Shown in pieces: positions 38,786 through 43,121 of a stretch of 43,121 nt of DNA. The stretch is taken from contig ADNK01001132.1 in NCBI GenBank assembly GCA_000320545.1, positions 1 through 43,121 of the forward strand, written 5' to 3'. Position numbers and translations under genes: made by a program. How positions within the stretch are numbered: the stretch's first letter is position 1; each line of letters begins with the position of its first letter. The notes under the pieces were generated by a model, which was not told where the DNA came from, searched no databases, and worked only from the letters and a program-made list of their open reading frames with translations. The stretch comes from Bigelowiella natans CCMP2755 (lineage: Eukaryota > Protista > Cercozoa).

Positions 38786-39375
38786 TATCATTCTTTCTGT
38801 TTGTCTAATCACGTCGACTTCTTTCCCTCTCTACCACTACTGTTTCTTTCTTCTTCTTCTTGCTATTTTCTAAGTGCATTTCGAGTATAACGGCAGCACT
38901 CGTTAGCGATGATTCCAAGATAGTAAGGGTTGAAGCTTTGGGACTCGTTATTCGCTTATTACTATTACAGGGCGATGATCATAACGATTATCATGGTAAC
39001 AGTGGCGACGAAGAAGAACAAAGAGAAGAAGAACAAGTAAAAGGAAAAGATAGGGTTGCTGCTGCTGCTCCTTGTTTCATTGTGGAATTAGTTCGGAAGA
39101 TTACCATAGGGACATTGCTCAAAGATGCAAAAATAATATGTACTACCACAACCACGGTAATAAATTAAAATGAGAACTATGTTAACGACGATGAGAAGGG
39201 GGGGGGGGGCATGGTATCAGTGGTTAGGATGATGATGATGATGGTGATAATGATGATATGGTATCAGTGATTAGGATGATGATGATGATGATGATGATGG
39301 TGATGATGGTGATAATGATGATAATGATGATAAAGTATGGGCTAGGACAAAAATCAGTGATGTACATCTGCTCTT

Positions 39376-39438
<63 letters not shown>

Positions 39439-40705
39439 TGTGTGTGTTTGTGTGTGTGTGTCTTACATTTTTGACCTTCCAGGAGGAGGAGGAGGAGGAG
39501 CAGCCAAATAAGAATAACCTCTCGTCGTTGTACTCGTTCACGCCGTTGGATGTAAAATCGGTAATTACGCCTCTCGAGGCAATGCAGAGCTTGGGTAATA
39601 TTGGTGCGGGGGTTGCAGCAGCACTAGCATCATCAACATCTTCTAGGAAGATGGATTATCGGCAAGGGGAAGTTGTAGTGAAAATAATCAGTATTATTGT
39701 AGCCTCTCTTATTCGACACGCAAAGACGAAGATCACAACGATGGTAACAAACCCTCATCATCCAGCGGCAGCAGCTGCTGCTGTAACAACAAAGGGAAGA
39801 AAAACAGCACAAGTTCTATCACCGATAATAAGAGGAGATATTGCTACTACTACTACTACTACTATTGCAGCAGAAAAGATGTATTTCAACCAGCTGAGTA
39901 AGTCCGTGTCACATATCCTCAATTCCACCCATCTTCACTGCCATTCCCCCCCCATTAATGATAATGAGGATCAGGATGATGATGATGATGGCAAAAATGG
40001 AGGAGTAAGAGGAGATGATAAAGATATAGCAGTTTCATTTTCATCAGCAGCAGCAGCAGCGGGTACCGCATTTAAGATGATATCACAAGCGTCGACAGAG
40101 CTCTTGGTCAGTATGTTGAAATTCCTTCTGTCGGAAGGAAAAGAAGAAGAAGAACAAGAAGAAGAAGAAGAAGAAGAAGAAAAACACGTGCAGGAGGGCC
40201 TTACTCGCATTGCTGTAGCAATTGTTGACTTTTGCACCAGAGAGTCTTGTGATCATGTAGAACCCCAAACAAATTTACTGGATTATATCTTAAATTGCTC
40301 TGCCAAGCTACTCTCTTCTCTTCAACTTTCTTCCATAAGGTAGTAACACGACAACTTTACTAATGGATATGTGTGTGTATACTTACTTCTTACGATTGCG
40401 TACAACTACGCGCAACAGATATGTGAAAATCATATCAGTGAATAATGAATTATTATTCGACATGTAGTAACTTAACGATAGAGCGTTCCATAAAAATCCA
40501 GTTGAAATATTGCCAATTCATGACTGCACAAAACTAGGCATTATAATCGTGTAGTACCACTGACTGCTACAATTTTCACTTATTCTTATTCATTCAATCA
40601 TCGCGCAAGTTCTAAATTTACTATGCATTAAAGATACTCCGAACATATTCACACATACACACACAGAGACAGGCAGGCAGACACGCACGCGCACATAAAT
40701 AGTAG

Positions 40706-40751
<46 letters not shown>

Positions 40752-41997
40752 CTGTATATGTTTTTATATATATCTGTATATGTTTTTACTGCACAGATAT
40801 GTTGAAAAGGAGGCGAGGATAGCGAAGAAAAAAGTAGTTGCGATTGTAGTTACCTGTCGTCTACTGTCGCGATTAATGCCAGAACTGGTCGCAAAACACT
40901 TGAACTTGTGCGAGAAGTGGTTTGTACCGTTCCTCATGAAGAATAATAACTACTATTCAAGTTGCTTCGATACACGTAATCAACGCACCAACTATCACTA
41001 TCGACAAATTGAGAAAGAAGCTGTACACGCTATGATGCTTTGCTTGGCAAGCATGATCAATAAAGCCCCACCTTCTTCCTTGAAGCATTTTTTGGGAAAA
41101 TGGCTCAATAATGCAATCGACCAGTTAGTTAAAATTGCAACCGGTAATCCTGACGATGAGGATATTGGTGGAGGAGGAGGAGGAGGAGGAGGCGATGAGG
41201 AGCGCGCGGTGAGAGCTGTGGAGATATTATCCTGGATGGGAAAGGCGTTGGCATATCGAGGAGACAGAGTCGCTACACCTGCGCTCAAAATCATCATAGA
41301 CTTGTTAAATGATCTTATTACCAGTTCGCTTAATTATTCCCCACATGTCACACACGCTGCTGCTCAAGGTTTCGGTATAATGATGGCTGATGAAGGTGAA
41401 TGGCGATTCTCGGATGTTTATGGGGTTAAAATGAACAAGTTTTACCGCCAACGCATCTTTTTGCAAAATTACACAAGTCTTATGGCTTCTCTCGCCACGG
41501 ATTCCAAAAGCATCAGCGGAAAAAGTGCAGAACGTCAATCTGTTATCAAGACGAATGCCCTCCTAGCTCTCTCTCACCTGATGCAGCATGCACCTACTGC
41601 ATCCGTCAAACCTAGTTTACCGAAACTCATCCCACATATCATGCGCGCCCTTGGATCATCTTCCGTATCACCTTCCACAAGCAACGATACTGATAAAATG
41701 AAAACATCTTTAAAGATCAGTGCTCTCTTCGCAGTGTTTAAACTGTTGGACAGAACAATGGTGCACATCGATCCATATAGCGATGTACTCATCGATTCCT
41801 GCCTCCAGTTCACGCGATTTCGTAGTAGAAAGGAAGTTCGAATCGTAGCTCTGAAGTGCCTCAAACTTTTGGTCAATCTCCCCTACCACAAGCTGCATCG
41901 AAGGAAAAGACAGGTCGTAAATGAATTGGCAGAAGTACTTGATGATCCCAAACGCGTCGTGCGAAAAGTGGCCCGAGAATGCAGGAACGCCTGGTAA
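35547..41997 (+). CDS. MMS19: MMS19/MET18 cytosolic Fe-S assembly targeting factor, multi-exon
   Basis: LEQVVTLMEPYLTSTTDSIRKRG; MDGEKDPRCL..EDLFDVTACYFPITFKPPKNDPYRIT; WMGKALAYRG; KFYRQRIF; LDDPKRVVRKVARECRNAW. The terminal TGGTAAG could alternatively be a donor to a tiny last exon. Confidence 0.93.
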
Positions 41998-42059
41998 GAG
42001 GAGGGACAAATGCATCAGAAATGTGTTCTGACATGTGCAGTCTCCGTAACTGTTATAGA

Positions 42060-42904
42060 GATGCAGACACCATGACAAAAAAAAGACTTTTTCGCATCGC
42101 ATTTTGTGCATGAGATGGTCGTTTCCGATGAAGTTTTGGTGAAATTCCATTTCTTGTGTGATCTAGGTTCATGTTGAAGGGAAATCTGACAAGGCTTTAG
42201 ATGAAATTGCAATGTGTAGCAACTCGCAGGGATGTCATGTGTGGAAAATGATCATCACAAGAGATGCCATGACAACGGTCCTGACCACAAGAAACATGGA
42301 GCTCATTGCACGTGTGCGTGCAAGATGCAGCTGCGCTTTGGTGCTCACACATGCCTCTCTAGCTTTGCATGCGCACAGATTTTCATGCCACATGTGTGCC
42401 AACATCATCGCGCAATGATCAGGTGTGGTGATGATGAACGCTGGCACGCATGATTGTTCATTCAAAAAAAGTTTGCGTCAAGTTGCAAATTGCAATTTGT
42501 TGTTTTCACTGCAAAAGGCATCATTGTCAATTTCTCGCCGTTCCAAAAAATCCATTTTGAACAACACCACCAAATCGAAATGCATTTGCAGCAAGCAAAA
42601 CATCCACTCAATGAAGTCCGAGACAAAGGCGCATGCCATTGTGTTTCTTCAAAACATGAATGACAAGGATTGACCAAAACCGGGATCACAGCAAAGTTTC
42701 ACAACAGAACACGATGAATGAGCACGCACAGTGAACGATCACAATGAAATGCGTTAAAAATCAGGGTCAGGGTTCAGGGCAAGGATCAAGGACAACAGTT
42801 TGTGGCAAAAATTGGGGGCAAGAGTTGAGAGCAAAGGTCAGGGTCACGAATGGGGTCAGGGTTGGGGTTCTCTGCTGACCCAAGACCAAAACCTGAGAGT
42901 TGGG
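42060..42904. other. Short subtelomere, TpA-depleted block C, with degenerate telomeric repeats
   Basis: Manual count of 5 TpA in 845 bp (four TAG, one TTAA). TCAGGG/TTGGGG units occur at 42761-42779 and 42838-42867. Confidence 0.85.
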
Positions 42905-43121
42905 TTAGGGTTAGGGTTAGGGTTGGGGTTAGGGTTGGGGTTAGGGTTAGGGTTGGGGTTAGGGTTAGGGTTAGGGTTAGGGTTAGGGTTAGGGTTAGGG
43001 TTAGGGTTAGGGTTAGGGTTGGGGTTAGGGTTAGGGTTAGGGTTAGGGTTAGGGTTAGGGTTAGGGTTAGGGTTAGGGTTAGGGTTAGGGTTAGGGTTAG
43101 GGTTAGGGTTAGGGTTAGTTG
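42905..43121 (+). repeat. Telomeric repeat array (TTAGGG)n
   Basis: 35 full hexamers from 42905 to 43114, G-rich strand running toward the window end. Four are TTGGGG (42923, 42935, 42953, 43019). Confidence 0.98.

Overview
Right-hand end of a eukaryotic (protist-like) nuclear chromosome, finishing in a (TTAGGG)n telomere. Genes are compact and mostly intron-rich, and many introns are filled with microsatellites. Left to right: an AROM-type EPSP synthase with no upstream DHQ-synthase domain (-, runs off the window), a hypothetical gene (+), an N-acylated tandem SnoaL/NTF2-like protein (+), BABAM2/BRE (+), COX19 (-), TRIP4/ASC-1 (+), an intronless CDC5L (-), UBC6/UBE2J2 (+), BBOF1/CCDC176 (-) and MMS19 (+). 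The most striking signal is not a gene. Intergenic DNA outside promoters has lost almost all TpA dinucleotides: by manual count 11 TpA in about 4.8 kb over three blocks, 10 of them in a CTA/TAG context. TpG and CpA are abundant there and CpG is retained. Relics inside these blocks (a Ty3/gypsy pol fragment and two zinc fingers) show His, Cys or Met where Tyr or Ile is expected, and telomeric repeats decay to TTGGGG and TCAGGG. Genes, introns and divergent promoters keep their TpA. I infer a region-targeted TpA->TpG/CpA (A:T->G:C) hypermutation process, opposite in direction to fungal RIP. All gene models were read by eye, so internal exon boundaries are approximate.
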